From assembly GCA_965216875.1 (NCBI GenBank), contig OZ244207.1:512001-576000 (forward strand): a stretch of 64,000 bases of DNA, in the 5' to 3' direction. The notes below the pieces were generated by a model that saw nothing but the letters and a program-made list of their open reading frames with translations, was not told the origin of the DNA and did no database searches. Positions 30,518 to 43,192 of the stretch are shown here, piece after piece; the first letter of the stretch is position 1; each line of letters opens with the position of its first letter. The stretch comes from Rubripirellula sp. (GTDB lineage: Bacteria; Planctomycetota; Planctomycetia; Pirellulales; Pirellulaceae). Made by a program: the position numbers and the translations under genes.

Positions 30518-33500
30518 CTGACGGCGCATTCGTTCCGCAGAAAGGCCTGCGTATCGCGGCCGTCGGCAACGCCCTTGCCGAGCGGATGAATGAATACGGT
30601 CATTTTGAAACCATGTTGCACACCCGATTTCCTGAAAAGGAATTGGTGTTTCGCAACTTTGGTTGGCCAGCGGACGAGGTTTCTAATCGACAGCGTCCAA
30701 GCAACTACACAAAGATCGACGATCCGCTAAAGGTTTTCGCTCCCGAGCTGTTCCTTTGTTTTTACGGGTTCAATGAGTCGTTTGCTGGCGACGACGCGGG
30801 GACCATCAACAGTTTCGCGTCGGCTTACCGACTCTATCTTTCCAACCTTGCCAAGGACTTTGCCAAGGATGGACGCACGCCTTCGTTCATCCTGGTTGGG
30901 CCGACTGCATTCGAAGCGACGGGCAATCCGCTACAGCCATCGGGTGTCCAGGAAAACGCTCGTCTGGCCAAGTACAACGCCGCGATCAAGAAAGTCGCTC
31001 TCGACGACGGCCATCTTTTTGTTGACCTGTTCGATTTGACCAAGCAAATGTTTGGTGCCGATCCAGGCAATCAATACACCACCAACGGTGTCCACATGAA
31101 CGAGCGTGGCGACGCTCTGGTGGCCAGCTTGATCGACAAGAGCCTGTTTCGTGGCAAGCATCCACAGGCGTCAAATCGCGAGGCGTTTGACAGGGTGCGT
31201 CATTGGGTCAACGACAAGTCGTGGTTTCACCAACAAGACTACCGCATGCTCAACGGTTGGTACGTCTATGGTGGCCGGCGGACGTTCGATACCGAAACAT
31301 TCCCGACCGAGTACCGCAAGATTCGCAATATGGTCGCGGTGCGTGACCAATACATTTGGAATCTCGCTGCCGGACGCGACGTACCCGACTCGCCTGATGA
31401 TTCGGCTACGGGAGATGTCTTCGAGCCCGAGACGATGTTCGGCACTCGCGATCAGAATTTTCGTGAAATGCGCGAGCCGCAAAAACTGGTTTACCCGACT
31501 CCCGAAGAGTCGATCGACATGATGACCGTGCCAGAAGGTTTCAAGGTCGAACTCTTTGCATCGGAACGGGAATTCCCAGAACTTGCCAATCCGAATCAGA
31601 TTGCGTTCGACAACAAGGGCCGTTTGTGGGTCTCGTGCATGGCGAACTACCCGCAATGGCAACCCGGTGCTGCGAAACCGAACGACCGATTGCTGATCTT
31701 TGAAGACACCGACAAAGACGGCAAGGCCGACAAGTGCACGCCCTTCTATGACAAATTGATTTGTCCGACCGGTTTCGAGTTCTGGAATGGCGGCGTGCTC
31801 GTCGTTGACGAACCCCGCATCCTGTTCCTTAAAGACACCGATGGTGACGATCGAGCTGACTATGTCGAACAAGTGATCGACGGGATCGCGACCGATGACA
31901 CGCACCACACTGTGGGCGCATGGGAATTTTCTCACGGCGGACGCCTGCACATGCTCGAAGGCATTCAGCTCTCGACCACTCTCGAAACTCCCTGGGGGCC
32001 CTTTCGAAACAAAAGCACCGGTGGCGGTTACATCTTTGACCCACACTCGTTGAAGATCGAACACTACCGCACGCCCGGTTACGGAAACCCTTGGTGCCTC
32101 GTTTTCGATCGTTGGGGTAACGGCATCGTTGGTGACGGAACCAACGCTCGACAACACTGGCTCGTTCCGCTCGCCGGAAAGGAAGTCAGCTCGCGGCGCA
32201 CGATGGAGCCTGTTTTTGACAACGAAAACATGCGGCCGGCCGTTGGCAACGAGTTTCTCTATTCGCGTCACTTGCCTGACGATGTTCAAGGTCAATTCAT
32301 CTACGCATGTGTGATCAACATGCACGGACTGACTCGCTTCAATGTTCGCGACGAAGAAGCCGGCGCTGGTTTCGAAGGCGAACGCATCAAAAACTTGCTC
32401 GATTCGACCGACATGATCTTCCGTCCGGTCGATCCCAAGATCGGCCCCGATGGTGCGGTTTGGTTTGGGGATTGGTGCAACGCATTGATCGGCCACATGC
32501 AGTATTCGCAGCGTGACCCCAATCGCGACCATTCGCACGGTCGGATCTACCGCTTGGTGTATGAAAAGAAGGATCTGCTCGAAACGCTTACCCTTGATGA
32601 CAAGTCGGTTCCTGAGTTGCTCGAACACCTCAGTTCGACCTACGAGCTTCGTACTCGGTACCGTATTCGTCGTGAGATTCGCGATCGCGAAAAATCGGAA
32701 GTGTACGCCGCGGTCAAAAAGTGGATTGAAGGTGTTGACGACCCAATGCGCCTCTGCGAGGCGATGTGGATTCAGGAGAGTTTCCGTGATCTCGATGCGA
32801 GCCTGCTCGACAAGATTCTGGATTCGGATGAATACCGCGCCCGGGCTGCGGCGATTCATACAATCACGAATGAACGCGACCGCGTGTCCGACTTCAAAGC
32901 ACGCTTAAAGACCGCCATCAACGATTCGCACCCACGCGTTCGGCTCGAAGCGGCTCGTGGTGTTAGTTTCCTTGACGACCCCGAAGCGACCGCTTTGGCG
33001 CTCGCGATTGCGAATCATCCCACCGACTACTGGATTGACTACACGCTCGAGCACACGCTCCACGCCTTGAAAGGCCAATGGCAGGATGCGGACCTCGACA
33101 AACTGTTGGCCGGTTCCTCCGAGCGTGCAAAGACGTACCTCGAATTGCACAAGCGGATGACGGGCCCTGGCGGCGCGGCGGTCAAGCCTCTGAAGATCGC
33201 CGAGGACGTTGACCGTTCGAAAGCGGAACGATTGTCGGCCGTCCAGCAGTTGCTGCGTGTGCGTGGCGGTCGGGCTCATCGCGGAGCTCCCGTATTCAAA
33301 CAAGTCTGTTCGGCTTGCCACAAACTTGGCGATGTCGGCAAGGCGTTCGGTCCCGATTTGACAGGGGTCGCTGGGCGATTGAGCAAGGAAGAAATCGTGC
33401 GCAGCATCTTGCTGCCCAACGACAAAATTGCCAAAGGGTTCGAAACGGTCCAGATCTTGGACTTTGACGGCGAGACTCACCGTGGTTTCGTGATCAAAGA

Positions 33501-34173
33501 AGACGACGAAACGGTTTCGCTAGGCATTGCAAACGGCAAGCAAGTTGACATTGCAACGGACGACATCGAGGTGCGCCGTGACATGAAGGCCAGCTCGATG
33601 CCCGAAGGCTTGATGGCGCAGATTGCCCCGATCGAATTCCTTGATTTGATCGCGTTCCTTGAGCGTCAAAAAGAGATCACGATGCAGGTTCGACCTGACG
33701 GATGGATCACGGCACGCTCGACAAAGGAGCCAAAGCTTCGTGCGTTCAATGGCTTTGCCGAAATCTCGCGTGATGCTGACATCCAACTTGGTCCGACCAT
33801 GACGAACTCGTCATGGAACGATCGGGTTCATCTGTTGCTTACCGATGTCAAACCATCAGGTTTGGGATTTGTGTTCCATTCGGCCGACGGAGCGGAAGAG
33901 CCGGCGATTACGATTCGCTTGGCAAAGGAATCGGACATCCGACACATCTGGCTGCAGAATCGACTCGAGTCACAGTTCTTCTCGCGTGCAGAAGGACTGA
34001 CGATTTGGGTCAGCAATGATGGAAAGGATTTCAAGGAAGTTTGGCATGCCGAGAAACCGAAAGCCGAATGGACTGCCGATCTGCCCGCAGGCGTTCGAGC
34101 CAAGTACATTCGCATCGGACTCGTCGGACGCGGCATCTTCCACCTCAACCGAGTCGCCGTCTTCGGCGAGTAG
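30514..34173 (+). CDS. PVC-type heme-binding protein (SGNH + beta-propeller dehydrogenase-like + HEAT + cytochrome c + discoidin-like); 3' half of a probable frameshifted gene
   Basis: Frame is open from GTA at 30514 (VTDGAFVPQKGLRIAAVGNALAERMNEYGHFE). Contains NGVHMN, VPEGFKVELFASE, DTDKDGKAD, CSACH, GPDLTGV and SSMPEGL. No signal peptide of its own; the first ATG (30586) lies inside the SGNH domain. Confidence 0.9.
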   Translation, partial: VTDGAFVPQKGLRIAAVGNALAERMNEYGHFETMLHTRFPEKELVFRNFGWPADEVSNRQRPSNYTKIDDPLKVFAPELFLCFYGFNESFAGDDAGTINSFASAYRLYLSNLAKDFAKDGRTPSFILVGPTAFEATGNPLQPSGVQENARLAKYNAAIKKVALDDGHLFVDLFDLTKQMFGADPGNQYTTNGVHMNERGDALVASLIDKSLFRGKHPQASNREAFDRVRHWVNDKSWFHQQDYRMLNGWYVYGGRRTFDTETFPTEYRKIRNMVAVRDQYIWNLAAGRDVPDSPDDSATGDVFEPETMFGTRDQNFREMREPQKLVYPTPEESIDMMTVPEGFKVELFASEREFPELANPNQIAFDNKGRLWVSCMANYPQWQPGAAKPNDRLLIFEDTDKDGKADKCTPFYDKLICPTGFEFWNGGVLVVDEPRILFLKDTDGDDRADYVEQVIDGIATDDTHHTVGAWEFSHGGRLHMLEGIQLSTTLETPWGPFRNKSTGGGYIFDPHSLKIEHYRTPGYGNPWCLVFDRWGNGIVGDGTNARQHWLVPLAGKEVSSRRTMEPVFDNENMRPAVGNEFLYSRHLPDDVQGQFIYACVINMHGLTRFNVRDEEAGAGFEGERIKNLLDSTDMIFRPVDPKIGPDGAVWFGDWCNALIGHMQYSQRDPNRDHSHGRIYRLVYEKKDLLETLTLDDKSVPELLEHLSSTYELRTRYRIRREIRDREKSEVYAAVKKWIEGVDDPMRLCEAMWIQESFRDLDASLLDKILDSDEYRARAAAIHTITNERDRVSDFKARLKTAINDSHPRVRLEAARGVSFLDDPEATALALAIANHPTDYWIDYTLEHTLHALKGQWQDADLDKLLAGSSERAKTYLELHKRMTGPGGAAVKPLKIAEDVDRSKAERLSAVQQLLRVRGGRAHRGAPVFKQVCSACHKLGDVGKAFGPDLTGVAGRLSKEEIVRSILLPNDKIAKGFETVQILDFDGETHRGFVIKEDDETVSLGIANGKQVDIATDDIEVRRDMKASSMPEGLMAQIAPIEFLDLIAFLERQKEITMQVRPDGWITARSTKEPKLRAFNGFAEISRDADIQLGPTMTNSSWNDRVHLLLTDVKPSGLGFVFHSADGAEEPAITIRLAKESDIRHIWLQNRLESQFFSRAEGLTIWVSNDGKDFKEVWHAEKPKAEWTADLPAGVRAKYIRIGLVGRGIFHLNRVAVFGE

Positions 34174-34196
34174 ATTTCGGTTGGCCTTGATGCATC

Positions 34197-34222
34197 TCGC
34201 TACGCCCACGCTGGCGTAGCGA
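34197..34222. terminator. GC hairpin after the heme-protein gene (possible terminator or REP derivative)
   Basis: TCGCTACGCC-cacgct-GGCGTAGCGA, with no clear U tract. Confidence 0.4.
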
Positions 34223-34420
34223 ATGGGTCAGGCCGTCGCTGCGCTCGCCAGAGCGTGGGGGCAATGGAGGTCGCATTCCAACTTCTAGCGATGATCGCTT
34301 CGACCAGGGGGGGCGCCGAATGGCATCGCTCATTCACCCCCGGGTTGCGGAGACGGATAAGATTCGGCGCAATACTGGTCGAAATGAAAACAGCACACGA
34401 CCGACCCTGCCCGAAATCAA

Positions 34421-35026
34421 ATGCAAGAAGCCCTCACCACCTTTGTATTGCTTTGGACGGTAATCGATCCGATCGGAACGATCCCCGTTTTTCTTTCGGC
34501 AACTGCCGATCAAACGGCCGAAGAACGCCGGCGGACTGCGTACATTGCCGCGTTTGCCGCAGCCGGGATGTTGCTGTTTTTCATCGCCGTGGGCGAACCG
34601 CTGTTGTTGGCGATGGGCGTTCCGCTGCTCGCGTTTCAAATCGCGGGCGGGATCGTCCTGTTCCTATTTGCTTTGACAATGATCTTTGGCGAAAGCAAGC
34701 CGGAAGCCGAAACGAAGATGCTGCGCAGCGTCAGCGACACGGCGATCTTTCCGTTAGCGACCCCTTCGATCGCGTCACCCGGTGCAATGATGGCCGTCGT
34801 GTTGCTTACCGAAAACCAGACGCACACGCTGGTCGATCAAGCGTCGACCGCTGTGTTGACGTTGTTGGTGGTTGGATGCGCGCTGCTTCTGATGCTGACC
34901 GCAACAAAGGTATCGCGGTTCATCGGTCCTGGAATCGCTGGCGTCATTTCGCGAGTGATGGGTTTGATTCTCGCGTCGGTCGCCGCCACCAATGTCCTCG
35001 AAGGGGCAAAGGGATACTTCCAGTAG
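34421..35026 (+). CDS. MarC family integral membrane protein
   Basis: VIDPIGTIPVF, FQIAGGIVL, AIFPLATPSIASPGAM and RVMGLILA. Confidence 0.93.
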   Translation: MQEALTTFVLLWTVIDPIGTIPVFLSATADQTAEERRRTAYIAAFAAAGMLLFFIAVGEPLLLAMGVPLLAFQIAGGIVLFLFALTMIFGESKPEAETKMLRSVSDTAIFPLATPSIASPGAMMAVVLLTENQTHTLVDQASTAVLTLLVVGCALLLMLTATKVSRFIGPGIAGVISRVMGLILASVAATNVLEGAKGYFQ

Positions 35027-35027
35027 G

Positions 35028-35396
35028 CTATGGCTTGCCGGTCGTCTGACACGACAGCTCAACGGTGTGTCCGTCAAAGTCTTTGACCACGGCACGTCGA
35101 CCCCAGGGCGAGTCCTTTGTGGGGGAAACGATCGTGGCGCCCTGCTCGGCAAGTTGAGCGACCAGCGAATCGACCTCCGCGACGGCAAAGCCCATTCGGA
35201 CACTTGTGGTCGCGCTTGCCGCGTCGCGTTGAGGATAGATCTCGAACACGAAACCGGTGCTCTCAGCCGCCAAATGCTCGGGGCCGGTTCCGTGACGGTG
35301 TCTTGAGAAAGTGAGCCCCAGTATTTCGTAAAACGTCTTCGCCCGATCCATGTCGGGCGAACGAATGACGATCAAGTTTACAGACGGAGTTTGCAT
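35028..35396 (-). CDS. VOC/glyoxalase family protein
   Basis: NLIVIRSPDMDRAKTFYEILGL...HRHGTGPEH...SPWGRRAVVKDFDGHTVEL. Start refined to ATG 35396. Confidence 0.88.
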   Translation of the reverse strand: MQTPSVNLIVIRSPDMDRAKTFYEILGLTFSRHRHGTGPEHLAAESTGFVFEIYPQRDAASATTSVRMGFAVAEVDSLVAQLAEQGATIVSPTKDSPWGRRAVVKDFDGHTVELSCQTTGKP

Positions 35397-35408
35397 GTTT
35401 TGCCAGAC

Positions 35409-35673
35409 GTGAGCCGAACGCGATAGCGTCGGGCCCTCCGAGATGGATAACCGTGTAAGGCCCGAAGCTAGCGCGTTCGGCTCACAATAGCATCTCTCGT
35501 TACCCCGCTCCGCGTGGTAACGCACCTATTGGACGCTCCGCGTCCTTCACACTCCCGTAGCTACCTTCGCCAGAAGGTGGTGCCAGCAGCAGCCAGCTTT
35601 CCATAGTCACCACGCTCTGGCGAGCGTAGCTACCAATGGATGTTAGGGCCCGACGCTAGCGCGTTCGGCTCAC
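35409..35673. repeat. Mosaic intergenic cluster of at least three REP-like families
   Basis: GTGAGCCGAACGCG family at 35409-35436, 35459-35485 and 35646-35673. CGTTACC-CCGCTCCGCGT-GGTAACG hairpin at about 35499-35523. GTAGCTACCTTCGCCAGAAGGTGG / CCACGCTCTGGCGAGCGTAGCTAC pair at 35557-35633. Confidence 0.85.
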
Positions 35674-35690
35674 GAGAATATGACAACCCG

Positions 35691-37133
35691 CTACGGCGCT
35701 AGTGAGCTGAGGTCGAGGCTGTCATTCATTTCCTTTTGCAGCTTCTGCAATCCTGCGAACAGGTCTTTCAATACCGGTTTCATCCCGGCCTGATCCGCCA
35801 GATCCTTCATTTCTAACGGGTCATTCTTGATGTCGTAAAGCCGCAGCACGTTTGCATTCGGGTAGGCGATCAACTTGTATTGATCGGTTCGAATGGAGCG
35901 TTGCTTTTCGAGGTAGGCTCCGTAAATCGCCTTGTACGGACTCTTGCCACCTTCGAGGAGCGGCAGGACGCTGTTGAATTCAACGTGCTGAGGCTTGTCG
36001 ACTTTGGCCAGTTCCAACGAAGTGGGCATGATGTCCTGCAAGTAGACCGGCTCCGAAATCTTGCGTCCCGATTTCACGCCGGGACCGACAACGATGAACG
36101 GAACGCGGACGCTGTGGTCGTAGAGGTTTTGCTTGCCCAGCAAGCCATGTTGGCCGACGGCAAGACCGTGGTCAGCAGTGAAGAAGATCCAAGTGTTGTC
36201 GGCTTTTCCCGTCTTTTCCAATGCGTCGAGCATCCGACCGATCATCGTGTCCATGTGAGTGATGATGGCGTAGTACTCTTGTCGGTGAACCTTGACGGCA
36301 TGAGGAGTGCGAGGAAACGGCGCCAACTTTTCGTCACGCAGTTTCTTGCCGGCGCCGATCTCTTCGGCGTAAGGGTAAAGTGGCTGGAAGTTCTGGGGCA
36401 CTTGCACGTCGTCAACGGGATAGCGATTCACATACTCGGCCGGCGACTGCCGAGGATCATGGGGAGCGTTGAAGGCCAGGTACATGAAAAAGGGTTCGTT
36501 CCGCTCGCCAGCTTCGGCCATGAAGTCGTCGGTGTGATTGGCAACCACTTCGCTCCAGTGCGTGCCCCCTGCCCAGAACCCGCCAAACTTCGGATCCGAT
36601 GGTGACCAAGGATCGTTTCCGTCGGCAAGCGGTCGGTTGTAGCCCGCTTTGGTGTCTTTGGGCATGCCAGGACGAACATCACGAACAACATCGAACGATT
36701 TGTCCGCGCTCGCTCGGCAGTGCCACTTGCCCGTCATGTAGGTGCGGTAGCCCGCTCGCTTCATGATCTCGCCCCACCAACGCCCTTGCTGACGTTCCTG
36801 GTCCGACGTTGCATGGATTGCATTGGCGTTCCAAACGAACCGACCCGAGTTGAGCATCGTGCGACTAGCGACACAAACCGCTCCACTCCAGGAACCCATG
36901 TTGTAGGCATGGGTGAAAGTCGTGCCCCGTTTGGCGAGACGATCGAGGTTCGGCGTTTCCACCTCTTCATTGCCAAGTGCATTGATGGTGTCAAAGCATT
37001 GGTCGTCCGCAAAGATAAAGACGATGTTTGGACGTGTTTCCTCGGCCGACACTGTGGTTGTGAAAAGGATGGCGGCAAACGCAAGGCAAGCAAGCCGACC
37101 AAGAATCTGTACAGGACGCATGAGATGGAACAT
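35691..37133 (-). CDS. Sulfatase (choline-sulfatase-like)
   Basis: PNIVFIFADDQ, SWSGAVCVASR, GKWH, APHDP, TADHG and GKQNLYDHSVRVP. Start may instead be at 37121. Confidence 0.92.
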   Translation of the reverse strand: MFHLMRPVQILGRLACLAFAAILFTTTVSAEETRPNIVFIFADDQCFDTINALGNEEVETPNLDRLAKRGTTFTHAYNMGSWSGAVCVASRTMLNSGRFVWNANAIHATSDQERQQGRWWGEIMKRAGYRTYMTGKWHCRASADKSFDVVRDVRPGMPKDTKAGYNRPLADGNDPWSPSDPKFGGFWAGGTHWSEVVANHTDDFMAEAGERNEPFFMYLAFNAPHDPRQSPAEYVNRYPVDDVQVPQNFQPLYPYAEEIGAGKKLRDEKLAPFPRTPHAVKVHRQEYYAIITHMDTMIGRMLDALEKTGKADNTWIFFTADHGLAVGQHGLLGKQNLYDHSVRVPFIVVGPGVKSGRKISEPVYLQDIMPTSLELAKVDKPQHVEFNSVLPLLEGGKSPYKAIYGAYLEKQRSIRTDQYKLIAYPNANVLRLYDIKNDPLEMKDLADQAGMKPVLKDLFAGLQKLQKEMNDSLDLSSLAP

Positions 37134-37169
37134 TGGGTAGATGTGGTGTGATTTCGAGTGTGCGAATAG

Positions 37170-37241
37170 TGATTGTCGCCTTTTGCTCCGCAAAAGTTGC
37201 GTTCACGGACGCTACTTTCGCGGAGCGAAAGGCGACAATCA
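37170..37241. repeat. Long intergenic inverted repeat (TGTCGCCTTTCGCTCCGCGAAAG-type)
   Basis: TGATTGTCGCCTTTTGCTCCGCAAAAGTTGCGT-tcacgg-ACGCTACTTTCGCGGAGCGAAAGGCGACAATCA. Confidence 0.85.
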
Positions 37242-37373
37242 AGAAAACACAGCCCAGCGGCGGCCGCCGGTCGGCCCGATTCTAACTCAATCGAACACGC
37301 CATGCGTTGGAGATCGCTTGACGGTGGCACCCGCTTGTTCCGGAATCGGAATGCGTCTCCACGCGAAGCCGCT

Positions 37374-38066
37374 CTAGGAACGCGGCAGGTAGATATCGAC
37401 CAAATTGGGCCGAAAGACTCTGTATTTCACGCCGTGTCGCCAGAGCTTGAAGTAGGCTTCGAGAGGATCGTTCAGGCCACTTCGCTCGGCATAGATCGGC
37501 CACATCAGGTAGTCGCGTAGCATCGCGTCACAAGCAGTGAAGTAAAACGCTGGCCGCAATGCCTTGGCAAATCCAGCCTCGTCTTCGAGCTTGCTGACGA
37601 GCGCCGATCCATTGTTTTGAATCGCCAGCAGCAACTCGCTCTTTTCGGCGTCGTCTTTGGGATGCTTGGGAGCAGTGCCTTCGAGTACTCGGATCTCCGG
37701 AACGGGATCGAGTTGACTCGACAAGGTTTCATCGCCCACCTTATCCGAGATAGATCGTAATCCTGTCAGCCATTGGATTGCTGTCTGCTCGGCATCATCG
37801 GGATCAAGCTTGGGGGGATTGCGAACAACGAAGTAGGCATCGCGCCCACCTTGAGGGCGACGGTCTTCACCAGCGGCCGAAAAGAGCAGATCGAGACGCT
37901 CTTCGATCGCTTTCCCTTCCGGCACCGGATCGAGGATTCCCGGTATTTGTTTTCCGTCTGGACGAAACGCCTGGAAAATGCCAATCAGCGAATCGGAGTC
38001 GACCGCATCACCATCGCCGGTTCCCGCATGATGATGAACGTGGCGGATCAGGGCCTCAACAGACAT
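37374..38066 (-). CDS. Hypothetical protein (230 aa)
   Basis: Long ORF with coding-like composition that fills the gap between two sulfatases. No recognised motif. Confidence 0.75.
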   Translation of the reverse strand: MSVEALIRHVHHHAGTGDGDAVDSDSLIGIFQAFRPDGKQIPGILDPVPEGKAIEERLDLLFSAAGEDRRPQGGRDAYFVVRNPPKLDPDDAEQTAIQWLTGLRSISDKVGDETLSSQLDPVPEIRVLEGTAPKHPKDDAEKSELLLAIQNNGSALVSKLEDEAGFAKALRPAFYFTACDAMLRDYLMWPIYAERSGLNDPLEAYFKLWRHGVKYRVFRPNLVDIYLPRS

Positions 38067-38161
38067 GGAAGCAATCGATTCAAAGCGTGGAAGTTGGCTT
38101 TCGTTTTCCCGGCAAACGCGGAATATACCGTGAACCGATCAAACGTGTCAGTCGTTAACAT

Positions 38162-39547
38162 TCACTGCACCCCCGAATACTCTTCGACGCCCATGCGTTT
38201 CTCCCAGGTCCTGAGTTCTTCGACCAAGGAGGTGACGATTTGGGGCTTATCCTTCGCGATGTCGTGTTGCTCGGCGCGGTCGCTGTCCATGTCGTAAAGA
38301 CTCACCTTGCCACTTCGGTACGCCAGCAACTTCCAATGATCCTTTCGCACCGAGACATAAAGATCTTCGTAGGCTCGGTAGGCAAAAAGCGGTTCGTTGC
38401 GAACGAGTTCACCGTTCGACTTCAGCGTCGGCAACAACGAGATTCCATCAAGTCGATCGAAATCCGATGGATCGCCTCCTGCAACTTCGACGAGTGTCGG
38501 AAAGAGGTCGGTGGTTTGCACGATGCTTGAATTCGTTTGGCCGCCATCGATCACATTTGGCCAGCGGACAATCAGGGGCACTCGAGAGCCCCCTTCACAC
38601 AGCGTGTCGGATCGTTTGCAACCGCGGTAGGGTGACCACTCAAACAAACTGCCCTGATCGGAAGTGAAGATGATCATGGTGTTCTCGGCAATCTTCTTGT
38701 CGGCGATTGCCTGAAGAATCCTGCCGACCGATTCGTCTACCGCCGCCACTTGCGCGGCATAGTCAGCACGTTTCCCTTCCAGGCCTGGTGTGCCAACCAC
38801 TCTCTCTTTGAGGTCCTTCCGGCCGATATTTGGGGAATGCACGTTGTAATACCAAAGCGAAATCATGAACGGCTGGTCTCGCCGATACTCTTTGATAAAT
38901 CGAACCGTTTCGTCCGTGAGTCGGTCGGTCAGGTATTCGTCTTTTGCGTCAGGAAAGACTTCACCGTGGGGCGAGAACGGTGGGTAGTAACTCTTGGGGT
39001 GCCCGAAGTTGCTGGTCCCAATTTGACGGTCGAACCCTTGATGGATCGGATGATACGGTTCATGTCCGAGGTGCCACTTGCCCACAAAGAGGTTGTAGTA
39101 ACCACGTTCCCGAAGCGCTTCGGCATAAGTGATGTGTTCGAGCGGAAGCCAATTGCGACATGGGAATTGTGCCGGATCGGTTTTCCACAAATTGAACTCC
39201 ACGTCCGTGCGACCGTATTGATCAAAATCTGGATGCTTGGGACCGGTCGGAATATGACGGACCATCTCTAGCCGAACAGGGTGCAAACCGGTTAGCAGTG
39301 TTGCTCGACTGGGACTGCACGTGGGGCTGGCAACGTAACACTGTTGAAAGTCCATTCCCTCGTCAGCGAGCTGGTCGATATTCGGCGTTTCGAATCGTTC
39401 AGGATCGCGATAGCCCAGATTGTTCCAGCCAAGATCGTCAACGAACAGAAGTACCACATTGGGTGGATCGCCAGCGCGAGCAAGTATTGGATCGCCAACA
39501 AAGAACGCCAGAAGCAGGAGTGAGGGGACAGATCGCGCGACCATCAT
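38162..39547 (-). CDS. Sulfatase (arylsulfatase A-like)
   Basis: PNVVLLFVDDLGW, CSPSR, GKWHLG, TSDQG and EGGSRVP. Confidence 0.93.
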   Translation of the reverse strand: MMVARSVPSLLLLAFFVGDPILARAGDPPNVVLLFVDDLGWNNLGYRDPERFETPNIDQLADEGMDFQQCYVASPTCSPSRATLLTGLHPVRLEMVRHIPTGPKHPDFDQYGRTDVEFNLWKTDPAQFPCRNWLPLEHITYAEALRERGYYNLFVGKWHLGHEPYHPIHQGFDRQIGTSNFGHPKSYYPPFSPHGEVFPDAKDEYLTDRLTDETVRFIKEYRRDQPFMISLWYYNVHSPNIGRKDLKERVVGTPGLEGKRADYAAQVAAVDESVGRILQAIADKKIAENTMIIFTSDQGSLFEWSPYRGCKRSDTLCEGGSRVPLIVRWPNVIDGGQTNSSIVQTTDLFPTLVEVAGGDPSDFDRLDGISLLPTLKSNGELVRNEPLFAYRAYEDLYVSVRKDHWKLLAYRSGKVSLYDMDSDRAEQHDIAKDKPQIVTSLVEELRTWEKRMGVEEYSGVQ

Positions 39548-40098
39548 GCGTGTCCTTTGTGCCTATTCCATTGGTGGAAGGTGCCGGGTGTCGAACGAAC
39601 CCGGGGTGTCTAACGTGCCGAGATTATGGGCGTCACAAACGTTTGACATGCTAAGGTCCGTTGATTCGCCCACGCGTCTTTATCTCGGGCGCGCAGGCAA
39701 CCTGCCGCTCCGACTTGGCCACGAAACCACCGAGGAGCATCGCACCGCACAAGATTTTTGGATTACTGCCTGGGGATCGTCCTCCGATTCGCCCTAAAAT
39801 GCGGCACGAAACCGGAGAAAAACTCAGCCGTGTTCCGATGTGTCGACTGACAAACACGGGGCGACGAATCTCGAGCAAAATGCTAAGATTCGGGCAAATC
39901 GTTGGTTCGGTTGGCGGCCGAATCGGCTCGCTAAGGCGGCTCACTCGAGCGACCCAGGCTGTCGCTTCCTTCCCGCTGAGTCCACCGAAGCTACGACCAC
40001 TTTGCAAACAGCAAAACTGAAAGAACCAGGTGAGTCGACGACGCAATCGATGCGTTTCGATTACGACCTGAGAACCTGCAAATCACCAATCACGTTGT

Positions 40099-42909
<2,811 letters not shown>

Positions 42910-42924
42910 CCAGCGATTCCTATC

Positions 42925-43005
42925 GTACGGTGTGTGCTTGCCCGCACCGCTGCAGACTATTTCCTTTGCGAAGTTGGATTTGGTGCGTGCAAGCACGCAC
43001 CCTAC
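42925..43005. repeat. GTAG REP doublet
   Basis: GTACGGTGTGTGCTTGCCCGCACC ... GGTGCGTGCAAGCACGCACCCTAC, same family as 23493-23578. Confidence 0.85.
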
Positions 43006-43192
43006 CTTTTTTGCTCGCGGGAATGCAGTTTCTCCTCTCTGGCCTGCCTGAATCCTGTTCGCGATTCCCACGGCGACGATCTCGGTTGCAGCCTCGCGCA
43101 ATTCCGTTTTTTTCGGGTTTGGTTGTTAACGCTTTTCGTTGTGGTTCGGCATACTTTGAGACAGGAAAAACTGCCTTGCGCCGGACGCATGA

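Noticed and set aside
30586..30588. Independent start of the heme protein at ATG 30586
   Set aside because: It would cut off SGNH block I and leave a CxxCH protein without an export signal. There is no clear RBS.
31171..32859. 562-aa minus-strand ORF, and similar long antisense ORFs at 10437-11669, 15404-16702, 18712-19740 and 41443-42525
   Set aside because: They are antisense shadows of well-supported genes, expected in GC-rich DNA with strong codon bias, and carry no recognisable motifs.
39548..40098. Riboswitch, ncRNA or short CDS upstream of acnB
   Set aside because: There are only short hairpins, no family consensus I can recognise, and the overlapping ORFs look non-coding.
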